A stretch of DNA of 63,724 nt, filler included, from Octopus bimaculoides (lineage: Eukaryota), in NCBI RefSeq assembly GCF_001194135.2. It is 6 parts of 5 records of this genome, joined end to end, with 100 filler letters (N's around TTAATTAATTAA, not from the genome) between each part and the next. Parts side by side here need not be neighbours in the genome. Positions count along the whole stretch, not along the records: positions 1 to 28,164 come from NC_068996.1; 5 more parts are not named here. One strand, written 5' to 3'. Each line of letters opens with the position of its first letter. Within the stretch, counting starts at the first letter, position 1. This document shows positions 1 to 11,767 of the stretch, piece after piece. The notes below the pieces were generated by a model that was not told where the DNA came from, ran no database searches, and saw only the letters and a program-made list of their open reading frames with translations. Made by a program: the position numbers and the translations under genes.

Positions 1-1066
1 GTTTTAAAATTTTGTAAACAGAGAGTTACTCACGTTTCTTGCTTAAATAAAAGAAATTTTATTTAACAAAGTGTGACGCTAAAGACCGAGGTTACCGTGG
101 TCTTTTCGTAGGTTTTTCTTTCCACGGATAACCTCCCCATTTATTGGGAATTTTTTGTATTATTTCGTATTTTTTGTAAATACCCCAAACGTTTTGCGAT
201 GTTTTTTTTTCATCGTTGTCCCCACTTTTGTTTTTTTTTTCTGCTTTGTTTTCGACCCCCTCGAAAAGAAAAACTCTACATTTGTATTTTGTCCCCTCTG
301 TGTTGAGCCCTGTGTGGCTAATAAAGAAACCTATCTATCTATCTATCTATATATCCATACACACAAAGGAATCATGAGTTGGAGAGAAGAAAAATAAAGC
401 ATATCAATATTTTGGTAAACCAACTGTAATATAATTTAATATGTACAAGGACCCAATATGTCTTGGGAGATAGCACGTATTTTATTTTGAATGGATCAGT
501 AACTTGCCTCCTAATTAAAACTGCAAAATAACTACAAAATTGGAATGTGAACAGGAAAGATTTTATTAAAAACATACCTAGTATATCAGAAATTTCTTAC
601 AATATTTTTCATAATAATAAAATAAACAGTTTTAAATTAATTAGTATAATGTTCTAATATAATTCAATATGTTTATTGCTTTTCCAAAACACGTTCATTC
701 TATATTTATTTGTTTATTGCATATTTGATATTGGTTAATGGAATTTGTGATTACTTATTTATTCTATATTACAATTATTATAATAAATTGTAATACATAT
801 TATGATTGGTTGTTTATTTCTTGTGAGCCAATCATTGGTACATTACATGCTTGATGGTGAGAGTGCTAAGGAAGTGTCTATACCTCAGTGCAGAGTAAAC
901 AATCAGTTTGAAGAACACCAGCTTTTTAGTTCTCTTCTTGATAATACCATACACTGAGAAAAGATGTACAGACATATACATGCATGTCTATATGAATACA
1001 TACATACATAGCATAGTGGTTAAGAGCGAAGGCTATTAACCCTGAGATTCTGAGTTCAATTCCAGG

Positions 1067-1125
1067 CAGTCATCATCATCATCGTTTAACGTCCGCTTTC
1101 CATTAAACGATGATGATGATGACTG
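1067..1125. repeat. Perfect 23-bp inverted repeat with 13-nt loop, built from a (CAT)n retroelement tail
   Basis: cagtcatcatcatcatcgtttaa (1067-1089) / ttaaacgatgatgatgatgactg (1103-1125). The loop cgtccgctttcca matches the end of the repeat at 2496 and 5192. Confidence 0.9.
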
Positions 1126-1220
1126 TGACCTGAATAATAATAATAATAATAATGATAATAATAATAATAGCATCAAAAAATACCTGAGGAATGAGAACCC
1201 AGGATCGAAATTTCCCCCAA

Positions 1221-1266
1221 GGCACCTGATGAAAGCTGGAGGGTATATCAGCCGATACGTTGTGTT
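1221..1266 (+). ncRNA. Minimal type-I hammerhead ribozyme motif (mutated copy)
   Basis: GGCAC-CTGATGA-a-agctgg..tcagcc-GATACGTT-GTGTT. Stem I GGCAC/GTGTT, stem II GCTG/CAGC, palindromic ACGT stem III. GAAA is changed to GATA. Confidence 0.65.
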
Positions 1267-1363
1267 AACCACAAGCAAGATGAGGACAAATATCCATTAA
1301 TAATGTAAATAATATATGTAATTCCTCATCTCTGAAATATAGAACTATATACAAACAGATTCT

Positions 1364-1409
<46 letters not shown>

Positions 1410-1807
1410 CACACTCACACACAGACAGATATATATGAAAGCATTGTTATTTAACAACCTACACAAGTTGATGGAATTATTAAATGAAATTAGAAGACAG
1501 AGCAGAAGGCCATCATAGGATTTCCTTAAGCATAAGAATATTAATAACCAGGTGATAGATCTCAATACACTTATTCTTTAGAGTAATGTGTTATGCAAGT
1601 ATGGAACATAATATTAATTATTGGATGACAAGAGAACGGATGTTACATGATCAACATCATTAGCTTACAGTTGTTTCTGTTATAGGATGATGCATGAGCA
1701 CTCAGCCATGAGTACACTTAATCTTGTAACTGAAACAGCTGTAAGCCAATGAAGTCAATTACATAATTTCTGTTCCCTTATCATTCAATAATTACTTTCT
1801 CTCTCTC

Positions 1808-1853
<46 letters not shown>

Positions 1854-1861
1854 TTTCAAGT

Positions 1862-2030
1862 GTACAGGAAACAAAAGACAAAGACGGGTGAGGAAACAAC
1901 AAGTAGGTATATTAGTCTGATACTCAAGAAGAATGGAAAAGTCTTTTAATGCTTCAAGCCTACACTCTTTGACAGAAAGGGATGAGAGGAAAAAAAACAG
2001 AGGAGAGAGAGAGACACAGCATAATGTGTC
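1862..2030 (-). mobile_element. Penelope-type terminal-repeat fragment with decayed hammerhead (1942-1980)
   Basis: Aligns by eye with 19345-19500 and 62903-63030. The minus strand reads ccttt-CTGTCAA-AGAGTGTAGGCTT-GAAGCATT-AAAAGA. Confidence 0.55.
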
Positions 2031-2141
2031 AAGATTAACAGTTTCACATGATGTAAAGACAGGAAGTAATATGTGTGTGTGTGTGTGTGTGTGTATACAG
2101 TTATGTTGATACAAACAGGAAAAATAGAGCTCAAAATAGGA

Positions 2142-2220
<79 letters not shown>

Positions 2221-2495
2221 GTGTTGTGTATTTTTCTCAATATTTAGCTGATTTTTCCTTGAGTATGGCAGATGGTAATTTTCCATGAAGGCATTCGAGT
2301 TTGTCAATAGAGCTCATCAAGACGTAGGAGCGAATAATTATTCACAGGACATTATTATTTTTCTTTCTAGAACAATCCAGAAGGAAATTTATCAACAACT
2401 CTATAAACTCACAGGTCTTCAACCTGTGACCAGTTTGATAAGTGCCAACATGCAAACTCTTAGAACTTGAGTTGCTCTGTTATTTCTGCTAAATC

Positions 2496-2850
2496 ATCAT
2501 CATTGTCATTTAACGTCTGCTTTCCATGCTGGCATGGATTAGACAGTTTGACCAAGGACTGGCAAGCCAGAAGGCTCCAATCTGATCTGGCAATGTTTCT
2601 ACAGCTGGATGCCTTTCCTAATGTCAACCACTCCAAGAGTGTAGTGAGTGCTTTTTATGTGCCACTGGCATGGGGACCAGTCAGGCAGCACTGGCAACAA
2701 CCACACTTGAATGGTGCTTTCGACATGCCACCAGCATGGGAACCAGTAAGGCAGCACTGGCAATGACCATGCTTGAATGGTGCTTATTACGTGCCGCCAG
2801 CAGAGGAGTCGGTCAAGCTTGAATGGTGCTTTTTAGGTGCCACTGGCATG
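2496..2850 (-). mobile_element. RTE-type 3' end / RTE-related SINE with (ATG)n tail and about four internal ~55-60 bp tandem units
   Basis: Begins with catcatcat..tttaacgtctgctttccatgctggcatgg; second copy at 5192-5545. The unit gaatggtgct..gtgccac..gcatggg..accagt..aggcagcactggcaa is repeated in 2650-2850. Confidence 0.55.
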
Positions 2851-3164
2851 GGACCAATCTTAACTTACATATTTTACACATGCAAACATGAGGAATTTCT
2901 GGAAGTGTCTGTCAAACAATTTCTTCTTTTCAGTCAGTATTGGTCAATCTGAGTCTAAAGCAGAAAATATTTTGCCAATAAACCCATAGCAGAGCTAACC
3001 TCATAACCAGACAGCCATGCCTGCTCTCAGTATTCAATTTTAGTATTCAGTTACCTTCCCTTACATTTCTCTCCTGTGTTTCCCTTAGCATTGACTACAA
3101 TTAAGTATCAAAATCTTTCATCATCACAATCTTACAATAGCTATAACCATAACAGCCCCTTTAA

Positions 3165-3386
3165 CCCTTTAGATACTAACTCGGCTGAGACTGCCTCTGG
3201 CCCTGTAGTACAAATGTCATGTTTTCATAAGTTTTGAATTCAAATCTTCCATCAAACCTCAGTCATAATTTATGTTCCTAACACTAGCTTAATGATAACT
3301 AAGTTATTTTACTAAATTCTTTGTTATATTTGAAATTAATAGAAAGAAACACAGAGCATCTCAACAGAAATATGGTAACAAAAGGG
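3165..3386. mobile_element. piggyBac-type MITE, copy 1
   Basis: TTAA|CCCTTT ... AAAGGG|TTAA ends (TTAA at 3161-3164 and 3387-3390); highly similar to 3418-3639. Confidence 0.8.
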
Positions 3387-3417
3387 TTAAAATATATAAT
3401 AGAGAAACAATTCTTAA

Positions 3418-3639
3418 CCCTTTCATTACCAACCTGGCTGAAACCGCTTCTGGCTCTGTAGTACAAATGTCTTGTTTGCAAAAGTTCTGAATTAAAATCT
3501 TCCACCAAACCTTAGTCACAATTTATGTTCCTAACATTAGCTTAATGATAACTAAGTTATTTTACTAAATTCTTTATAATATTTAAAATTAATTGAAAGA
3601 AACGCAGAGAATCTCAACAGAAATACAGTAACAAAAAGG
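3418..3639. mobile_element. piggyBac-type MITE, copy 2
   Basis: TTAA|CCCTTTCATTACC ... GTAACAAAAAGG|TTAA; direct-orientation paralog of 3165-3386. Confidence 0.8.
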
Positions 3640-4230
3640 TTAAGTACATCTTAAAATTTAAAGACATCAAAGATTTTGTTTTTAATGTTTTGTATATTAT
3701 TTTCATTATTATTGCTTCAACCAACTCAATAAAAGTACCATCAATCAGAGACTTTGGTACCAAATGATGACAGTCTGTAGACTTTGAGATAAATACAATG
3801 AATTTAATATGGATGGTTAATTAATCTTTTGTTTTCAATTAATTCTCATGCTTATTCAAATTAGACGCATCATCACACAAATTATTAATAGTATCGTTGC
3901 AATGAATACAGCAGATTCTTTGGGGGATAAGAATCTGTAATTTCAACTTGGAATATAAAATGTCACAAATATTTCTTCTACCATTCTTTTGGTTCTGCCA
4001 ATCTAATGCCATTTATTGTCTTTGTGTACACTGACATCAGTAGAAACAGATAATGTAAAGTGGCCCATGTCCTAGAAATTCCATTAGTTCACCATTTTGG
4101 GTTAGCAGTTTATTTTAGCCACCCCAAAAGATTGAAAGCCAGAGATACCTTCAGATGAATTTGAACTCAGAGCATAGAGAACTTGAACAAATGCTGCAAG
4201 GCATTCTATCCAAATTTTGCATGTATAAGT

Positions 4231-4394
4231 GCAGGCGTGGCTGTGTGGTTAAGAAGCTTGCTTTGCCACTATGTGGTTCCAGGTTCAGTCTCACTGCATG
4301 TTACCTTGAACAAGTGTCTTAGTGTCGTCTTCTATAGCTCCAGGGCAACCAATGCTTTCTGAGTGAATTTGATAAATGGAAACTGTGAGGAATA
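4231..4394 (+). mobile_element. tRNA-derived SINE family A, 5' part
   Basis: Head gcaggcgtggctgtgtggttaagaagcttg..ggttccaggttcagtc matches the full copies at 7291-7699 and 27662-28048. Confidence 0.75.
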
Positions 4395-5191
4395 TATATA
4401 TATATATATATATANNNNNNNNNNNNNNNNNNNNNNNNNNNNNNNNNNNNNNNNNNNNNNNNNNNNNNNNNNNNNNNNNNNNNNNNNNNNNNNNNNNNTA
4501 CAGATAGATATATGCATACACACACATATAGTGATAGATAGATAGATAGATAGATAGATAGGTAGATAGATATATAGATAGATATAGATAGATAAACAGA
4601 TATAAATATATATATGTTACATACATACATACATATATACATACATAGATCTAGTCTGGTGATACTAGAGACAGTCATGGAGGAGTTACTTCCCCTGTCA
4701 GTATAAGTATATATTGCACTCTGCTTACTGTGTTAATAGCATTTTAACTCTTATTTCTAGAAATATAAGTGCCTTGGTATCTTTAGTCACACTTAGTCAC
4801 TATTAAATTTTCCCTTTATGATATTACGTTGTGCCTAGCAGTTTATATTAATTTGTGTGTGTGTGTGTAGGTTTTTATATTTTCCCCTCCTCCTCCCTCT
4901 GCTACCATTTGGCAACCTGTATTGACTTCTTTTTATCTCCATAACTTAGCAGTTCAGCAAAAGAAACTGATAGAATAAGTATTAGACTTTAAAAATAAAT
5001 ATTGCGTTGAATTTATTTAATTAAATCCTTCAAGGTGGTGCCCCAGCATGGCCACACTTCAGTGACTGAAACAAGTAAAAAGAGAGACTAAAGAAAAGGC
5101 ATACACACATATACATAAAACTTACATACAAATATACATATATACATTCATACAGGATGTACATACATACATACATATATATATTTGTGCA

Positions 5192-5545
5192 TCTTCATCA
5201 TTAAACATCTGTTTTCCATGCTGGCATAGGTTGGACGGTTTAACTGAGAACTGGTAAGCTGGGTTGGTGCACCAGGCTCCAATCTGATCTGGCAGAGTTT
5301 CTACAGCTGGATGCCCTTCCTAATGCCGACCACTCCGAGAGTGTAGTGGGTGCTTTTTACATGCCATGTAACCGGCATGTGTGCTAGTTACAAAGCACTG
5401 GCATTGGCCACGACTTCAATCTCACTTAGCTTGACAGGTCTTCCCAAGCATGGTATATTGCCGAATGCCTTGGACACTTCTCACTGCTTTCGTGAGACCC
5501 AAAGTTCAAAGGGTGTTTTTTTTTATGTACCACCGGTACATGTGT
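5192..5545 (-). mobile_element. RTE-related repeat, second copy of the 2496 family
   Basis: catcttcatcattaaacatctgttttccatgctggcatagg..ccaatctgatctggca..ctacagctggatgcccttcctaatgcc is shared with 2496-2650. Confidence 0.55.
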
Positions 5546-5559
5546 ACATGAGAGCACTC

Positions 5560-5876
5560 CATCGATTATGACAATAGGGGGTCCCAGCTGATACGATCGA
5601 GGGTACAGCTTGCTCGTGAAATTAATGTGCAAGTGGTTGAGCACTACACAGACACATGTACCCTTAACGTAGTTCTCAGGGAGATTCAGCATGACACAAA
5701 GTGCAACAAGGCTGGCCCCTTTGAATTACAGGTACAACTCATTTTTGCCAGATGAGTGGACTGGAGCAATGTGGAACAAAGTGTCTTGCTCAAGGACATA
5801 ACACATCGCTGGGAATTGAACTCATGACCTCATGATCATGAGCTGAATTCCCTAACTACTAAACTATGTGCCTTCA
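5560..5876 (-). mobile_element. tRNA-derived SINE family C
   Basis: Shared block actcatttttgccag.tgagtggactggagcaa.gtg.aa.aaagtgtcttgctcaagga and a reverse tRNA-like head (gggaattgaactc..ccctaactactaa). Other copies at 17788-18117 and 43960-44360. Confidence 0.75.
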
Positions 5877-6470
5877 CAAGTATACATACTTATATATATA
5901 TATACATATATGTATACATATATGCATACAAACATATACATGTGTACATACATATATACACACATACATATATATATNNNNNNNNNNNNNNNNNNNNNNN
6001 NNNNNNNNNNNNNNNNNNNNNNNNNNNNNNNNNNNNNNNNNNNNNNNNNNNNNNNNNNNNNNNNNNNNNNNNNNNNNNNNNNNNNNNNNNNNNNNNNNNN
6101 NNNNNNNNNNNNNNNNNNNNNNNNNNNNNNNNNNNNNNNNNNNNNNNNNNNNNNNNNNNNNNNNNNNNNNNNNNNNNNNNNNNNNNNNNNNNNNNNNNNN
6201 NNNNNNNNNNNNNNNNNNNNNNNNNNNNNNNNNNNNNNNNNNNNNNNNNNNNNNNNNNNNNNNNNNNNNNNNNNNNNNNNNNNNNNNNAATTTAATCAAT
6301 ATATTGAACATTGATTATCCCATTGATTCATTGGTTTATGGATTATTTGATCAATTCATTGATTTTTGTATTCGATATATATTTTTTTAATAATTTTATC
6401 TTTTACCTTTTACTTGTTTACAGTCATCGGACTGTGGCCATGCTGGGGCACCACTTGGAAGGGTTTAGGC

Positions 6471-6787
6471 CATAGGTTCTCAAAATGGGTGCTACTTCAC
6501 CCTGGTGGGCGTTGAGAGGGTCCAGGTGGGAGCTGGTGTCTTAGGGGGCAGTAAAGAAAAAGGAGGCATTAGGAGAAAGGCAGTGGATTGGGGGATGCTT
6601 ATGAATTTATAATATTATTATAGTATTGTATACAAATTATATATTATATTAAATATCAAATGATTCATAGTATATATAAATTAGTAAAATATAAAAGTTT
6701 TTTATTTATTCATAAAAACAGGGGTGGGGTTGTTGAGGGTATTATGTGGCCATGAGGGGGGTGGCCCCAAAAGTTTGAGAACATCTG
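6471..6787. mobile_element. hAT-type MITE with 8-bp TSD
   Basis: Ends CATAGGTTCTCAAAAT / AGTTTGAGAACATCTG. Perfect GTTTAGGC duplication at 6463-6470 and 6788-6795. Confidence 0.85.
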
Positions 6788-6843
6788 GTTTAGGCAAACA
6801 AATTGACCCCCACCTCTAATTTTTTTTTTTAAAGTCTACTACT

Positions 6844-7010
6844 CACCTGCATAGCTAGAGCAAGTGCCACCTGAGGCGACCCTTCAGTTTGCCTCCACAC
6901 ACACACACAAAAAAAAATACATATTGCTTACAGCAGACCCAAAAGTGGTGTCACCTCCTAAAAAGTGCCACCTTGGATGGACTGTCCCCTCCACCCTAGC
7001 TATGCTAGTG
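6844..7010. mobile_element. MITE with 15-bp TIRs and probable 8-bp TSD
   Basis: CACCTGCATAGCTAG (6844-6858) versus reverse complement of the right end CACTAGCATAGCTAG; flanks ctactact / ctgctact. Confidence 0.7.
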
Positions 7011-7290
7011 CTGCTACTTATTTTATCAGTCTGTTAGGCCAAACTGCTAAATTGCAGGGATGTAAACAAAGCAGCACTGGTTGTCAAGCAGTGGCAGCAG
7101 GGACAAAGACACACAAACACATATACATGTACACACATGCAAATACATATATACATACATACATACATATTATCATTACCTAATGATTTCACTTCTCTAC
7201 TCCCATAATTTAATAACCTGTTTATTGTTCTTTTACATATCACCATTTATCATATTTTTGCATGGGTATGTCTGCATTATCATTATTGTT

Positions 7291-7699
7291 ACTCTTTTAC
7301 TCTTTTTACTTGTTTCAGACATTTGACTGTGGTCATGCTGGAGCAACGCATTTTAGTTGAGCTAATCGACCCCAGGACTTATTCTTTGTTAGCCTAGTAC
7401 TAATTCTATCGGTCTCTTTTGCCGAACCATTAATCTACGAGGACGTAAACACACCAGCATCGGTTGTCAAGCAATGTTGGGGGGACACACATAGACACAC
7501 AAACATACACACATACATATACATATACATATATACGACAGGCTTCTTTCAGTTTCCGTCGACCTAATCCACTCAGAAGGCTTTGGTTGGCCCGAGGCTA
7601 TAGTAGAAGACACTTGCCCAAGGTGCCGCACAGTGGGACTGAACCCGGAACCATGTGGTTTGTAAGCAAACTACTTACCACACAGCCACTCCTACACCT
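7291..7699 (-). mobile_element. tRNA-derived SINE family A, near full length
   Basis: Reverse complement of the 27662-28048 copy along its whole length, including the central (TA/TG)n and the TAAAAGAG-type tail. Confidence 0.9.
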
Positions 7700-8054
7700 A
7701 TGTTATTTATATTAATTAATGACAATAACTATGTTTATAACTGGGTATATTTTTATATTATGTATTAATTTTAAATGGTACACTGTATCTTTCTTGTTTG
7801 ATTATTTAATGCTTTCATTATGTTTTTAATATGATATATATAAATTTCTTCGTACGTTCTTCATTGATAATATTCTGGTTTAGAATAATTAACCAAATGT
7901 ATTTTATACTATAAGTGATGAATTGAAACAATTGTAGGTGTTGTCAGTGTACTAATAAAATTTTATTAATCTTATCTCCATCTTCTCTCTTGTTTTATAA
8001 TAATAATATATATTTTATATAATATAATAATATATATTTTATATAAATATTTTA

Positions 8055-8320
8055 TATAATAATAATATATATATTTACTAATAATAATAATATCTATATA
8101 TATATTTAATAATAATAATAATAATATATATATATATTTAATAATAATAATAATAATATATATATATATTTAATAATAATAATAATAATATATATATATA
8201 TTTAATAATAATAATAATAATATATATATATATTTAATAATAATAATAATAATATATATATATATTTAATAATAATAATAATAGTATATATATATATTTA
8301 ATAATAATAATAATAATAAT

Positions 8321-8330
<10 letters not shown>
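8055..8330. repeat. AT-only minisatellite, ~28-bp unit (TA)nTTT(AAT)n
   Basis: tatatatatatttaataataataataataa repeated roughly 8-9 times. Confidence 0.85.
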
Positions 8331-8365
<35 letters not shown>

Positions 8366-9109
8366 TTTTATATACTAATAATATATGTGTGCCTATATTA
8401 TATTCAAGCAAGCAGTCTAATCTTGGATATTTCTTTCCCTCTGAGGGTTATATATCCTCACTTGTACTTTAATTTATATACTCACAATGCTTTTCTCAGC
8501 CTGCGGTTATAATAAAAAGCACTTCTTGAAGGTGTCATGCACTAGGACCAAACCTGAAACCATGTGATTGAGAAACAAACATCTTACCACACAGCCATGC
8601 CTTAAACCCCGTTCATCCATGTTTTATATATTTTTTTCTCTTTTTCCTTTAACATTAAAGAACCAGTAGAGCACCATTCAAAATACCTTGTACAAGGTTC
8701 AAATTGTACTAGTGGTCAAGAAATAGTCTTCCTCTCCGTTTTTGGCTTTATATTCAGCCAAGATTGACAAAATAGGTATTGGTGACTGGTTTAAAGTTGA
8801 CTATTAATAGCCGTATGCCAGTATTAGAAGGAAAGACTCTGTTCACTGTGAAGTGGCCAGCATTAGGAATGGCATCCAGTCAATGAATCCATGCCAAGAA
8901 TGAAATGTGTGAGTGTGGTATGCTCCTTAGAGCCCTCTAATTGGAGAGGGCACATTAACTTCAAATAAGAGCTGATTTGGACTGTGATGAAACTGTCCAA
9001 CACATACCAGCTAGTCAGCATGGGTTAAACATCTTAAACATCTCATCCAACACAACACAGAATCAGTATATAAAATGATGAGTGAACTGGCAAGATTAGT
9101 GGGACATTG

Positions 9110-9612
9110 GAAAACATATCTTCCACTATTTGTCCATCTCCTTGCACTCTGGCTTTGAAAACTGTTGAGGTCAACTTTGCTTTACAACCCTCTGGGATCA
9201 ATTGGTTTCAATATCAGTAAAGTACTGTAGTGGGGTGGGTGGGGTGGGGGTGAGGTGTTAATCAACAAATCACCCCCTCAAAAGTTTTGGCTCCAGGCCT
9301 AATGTTAGTGCTCTTTATGCTCTGGGTTCAAACACCACCAACGTCAACTATGCTTTTCATCATTCTGGGGTCAATAGGATACAGTGCCAGTAAAGTACTG
9401 GGTTTAAACAACAAGTCACCCCCTCAATATTTTTGACTTTGTGCATTTGTTAATGCTCTTCATGTTCTGAGTTCAAATACTACCAAAGCTATCTTTGTCT
9501 TTCATCACCCCAGGGTCGATAAAATAAAATACTAGCCAAGTAAGGTGATTATGATCAATGGCATCAAGTAGCCCCTCCCCTCAAAATAGCTGGCCTTGTA
9601 ATGAATTAAAAA
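9110..9612 (+). mobile_element. Three tandem, head-truncated, decayed copies of SINE family B
   Basis: Each ~150-170 bp unit has (g)ttcaaa..gtcaact.tgc.tttcatc..tggggtc..ccagtaaagtactg..cccctcaa, matching 48940-49030 and 47830-47920. Confidence 0.6.
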
Positions 9613-9915
9613 CAATTATTATTTCTTCTGCTGTGATACATTGTTGTTGTTGATGTTGCTATTGTTTTCTTCCTCAATCAGCTTGGCTCTAATCAAGCAA
9701 ACCTATGGTGACAGGCATTCCATTCATGACATTCCTGTAAGATGGTTGGGTGTAATTTCTTGGAGGTCAAACAAGAATAGTGCTATGTATATACACACAA
9801 ATATAAGTGGACGTATAGCTTAGAAGCTTGCTTCCTCTGCTCAACCTCAATCTAGCAGCCATATGACTAATTTAATACTTGTTCTGCTACAAGTATAATA
9901 ATAAGCAGCAGCAGC

Positions 9916-9952
<37 letters not shown>

Positions 9953-10854
9953 CCAGGTTAATGTCAAATCCAGGAATAACACATTGGATGATGAAATCCT
10001 GGATATTCTACATCTGAAAGTTATATATGAGAACATCTGAGTTTGGATGACTATGATTACAGTCCAACCAGATCAGGGTTCGCCTGTCGTTAAAGTACAT
10101 TCTTTTTACCCACCCTCCTGCTTTATCTGTCTGTCTGTCTAATTATCTATCTATCAATCTCTCTATTTGTCTGTCCATCTATCCCATCCATCCATTGATC
10201 TATCTATCTATCCATCCAATTTCAAATATCAGAGATCATGAATAATTGATGAGCAAAACATCTTAAACTGAACACCAACAACAGGTATCAAATGCTTTAT
10301 TCTGCCATCCAGCATTCCAAGTTCAAATCCTACTGAGGTTAGATTTGCTTTTTATTCTTCTGAGGTCAGTTAAATAAAATACCAGTCTATGGTAGTGGTA
10401 GTGGACTGGTGGAATTATTAACCTCTTATCATTCAGATTATGTTGTCAAATGTAGTGCTTATTTATTCATATTGTTTTGAATTAATCATGTATTATAAGG
10501 CTTTGAGATTTTGATGAGGTGATGATTGTTTAGTTTTAGAATGACATTGTAGGGTCGGTGTAAGAGGCCAGATGTTCAGAGTTAAAATATTTGTTCTGTC
10601 TCTTTGTGTTTTGAGTTCATATTCTATATGGTTAGAATTGCTCCATTGCCCAGTTGAACCAAGCTACTATCTGGTCATTGTGTGCCTTTAAGTAAGCAGA
10701 CTGGGTCTTTGGCGTGAAGACATCTTTCTCTATTCTTCCCTTCCTGTCCAAGTCTTTGTAGAAATTCATAATCACTACAGGTCTTCCTGACAATAGCATC
10801 AACCTCAACACCTTTGCAGAGACTATAAAAGTTACAGGCCTATCATAATAACTA

Positions 10855-11230
10855 TGCTGGATCTTAGATATGACATGCCCAGCTGACATCAAGGTATGCG
10901 ATAAGGAAGAAAGAAAAGTCGAGAGATATGACAGGTTAGCTTGGGAAGTTAAGCAGTTGTGGTCGATGGAAAAGGTGGTAGTAGTGCCAACAATTGCTGG
11001 AGCCCTAGGAACAGTCAGTAAAAATCTTGAGAAGTACATGGAACAAATAGGGGCTGCAATAAGGGTGGAGCACTTGCAGAAAACAGCACTGCTTGGAACC
11101 GCTGGAATACTCCGGAAGGTGCTCGAAAAATAAGAGGTGTTACCTTAGTTCACTGGTCGAGAACAGCTGACACCGTAGTACATCTCCAGCGTTAGAAGTT
11201 GTGCAAAGGCAATAAATAATAATAATAATC
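10855..11230 (+). mobile_element. 5'-truncated R4/Dong-clade non-LTR retrotransposon (RLE endonuclease C-terminus, 3' UTR, (AAT)n tail)
   Basis: CWILDMTCPAD..KEERKVERYDRLAWEVKQLW..KVVVVP..GALGTVSKNLEKY..LQKTALLGTAGILRKVLE* is the characteristic C-terminus of R4/Dong ORFs; it ends in aataataataat. Confidence 0.85.
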
Positions 11231-11767
11231 CATTCTACTAAAGGCACAATGCCTGAAATTTGAAGTAATAGGATAGTTGATCCCATCAACCCCAGTAATT
11301 GATTGGTATTTAATTTATCGACCCCAAAAAGATTAAAGGCAAAGTTGGCCTCAGTGGAATTTGAAATCAGAATGTAAAGATAGATGAAATACCGCCAACA
11401 ATTTTGCCAGCTCAACACCATAATAATAATAATAATAATGATAATAGTAATGATAAATATCTTGATGCAACACTCTCATGGCTTCTGATCTTAATTGATT
11501 GGAAGTGTTATCATGTACATTGTTTTGTCTTGGTATCAAAGATGCGCTACACAAACATTCTGCTCAATTCCACTGATTTTCTTGTCAGTTGTTTGACCTT
11601 AACCAGCTGACAAAATTAACCAGCTGACAAAATTTATCGGCTAGTAAGTTCAAACACTTCACCCCAAGAATCTATCCCATAAATTTTGTGAAGACCTTCC
11701 TCATGTGTTTTTGATGTCGCATGGTCAAATTCCCATGAGTATATAGACACTTTCAAATTTATCGAAC

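Larger units (their letters stand above)
1011..1345 (+). mobile_element. Composite short retroelement: tRNA-like Pol III head + (AAT)n + Penelope-type hammerhead module
   Basis: A-box-like TAGCATAGTGG (1009-1019) and B-box-like GAGTTCAATTCC (1052-1063), GGCAGT/GACCTG junction, (AAT)n 1133-1168, then a unique segment containing the hammerhead motif. A similar head recurs at 51701-51785. Confidence 0.6.
6395..7150 (-). mobile_element. SINE family A 3' half interrupted by two MITEs
   Basis: Family A sequence resumes after each insert (6395-6470, 6788-6843, 7011-7150). Confidence 0.7.

Noticed and set aside
76-108. AAAGACC..GGTCTTT hairpin with hammerhead-like spacing on the minus strand
   Set aside because: Core nucleotides (CUGANGA, GAAA) are absent.
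10632-10850. Minus-strand ORF tail NFYKDLDRKGRIEK...WFNWAMEQF as a possible exon
   Set aside because: No recognisable similarity, no convincing donor, and incompatible with the expected convertase exon 2.
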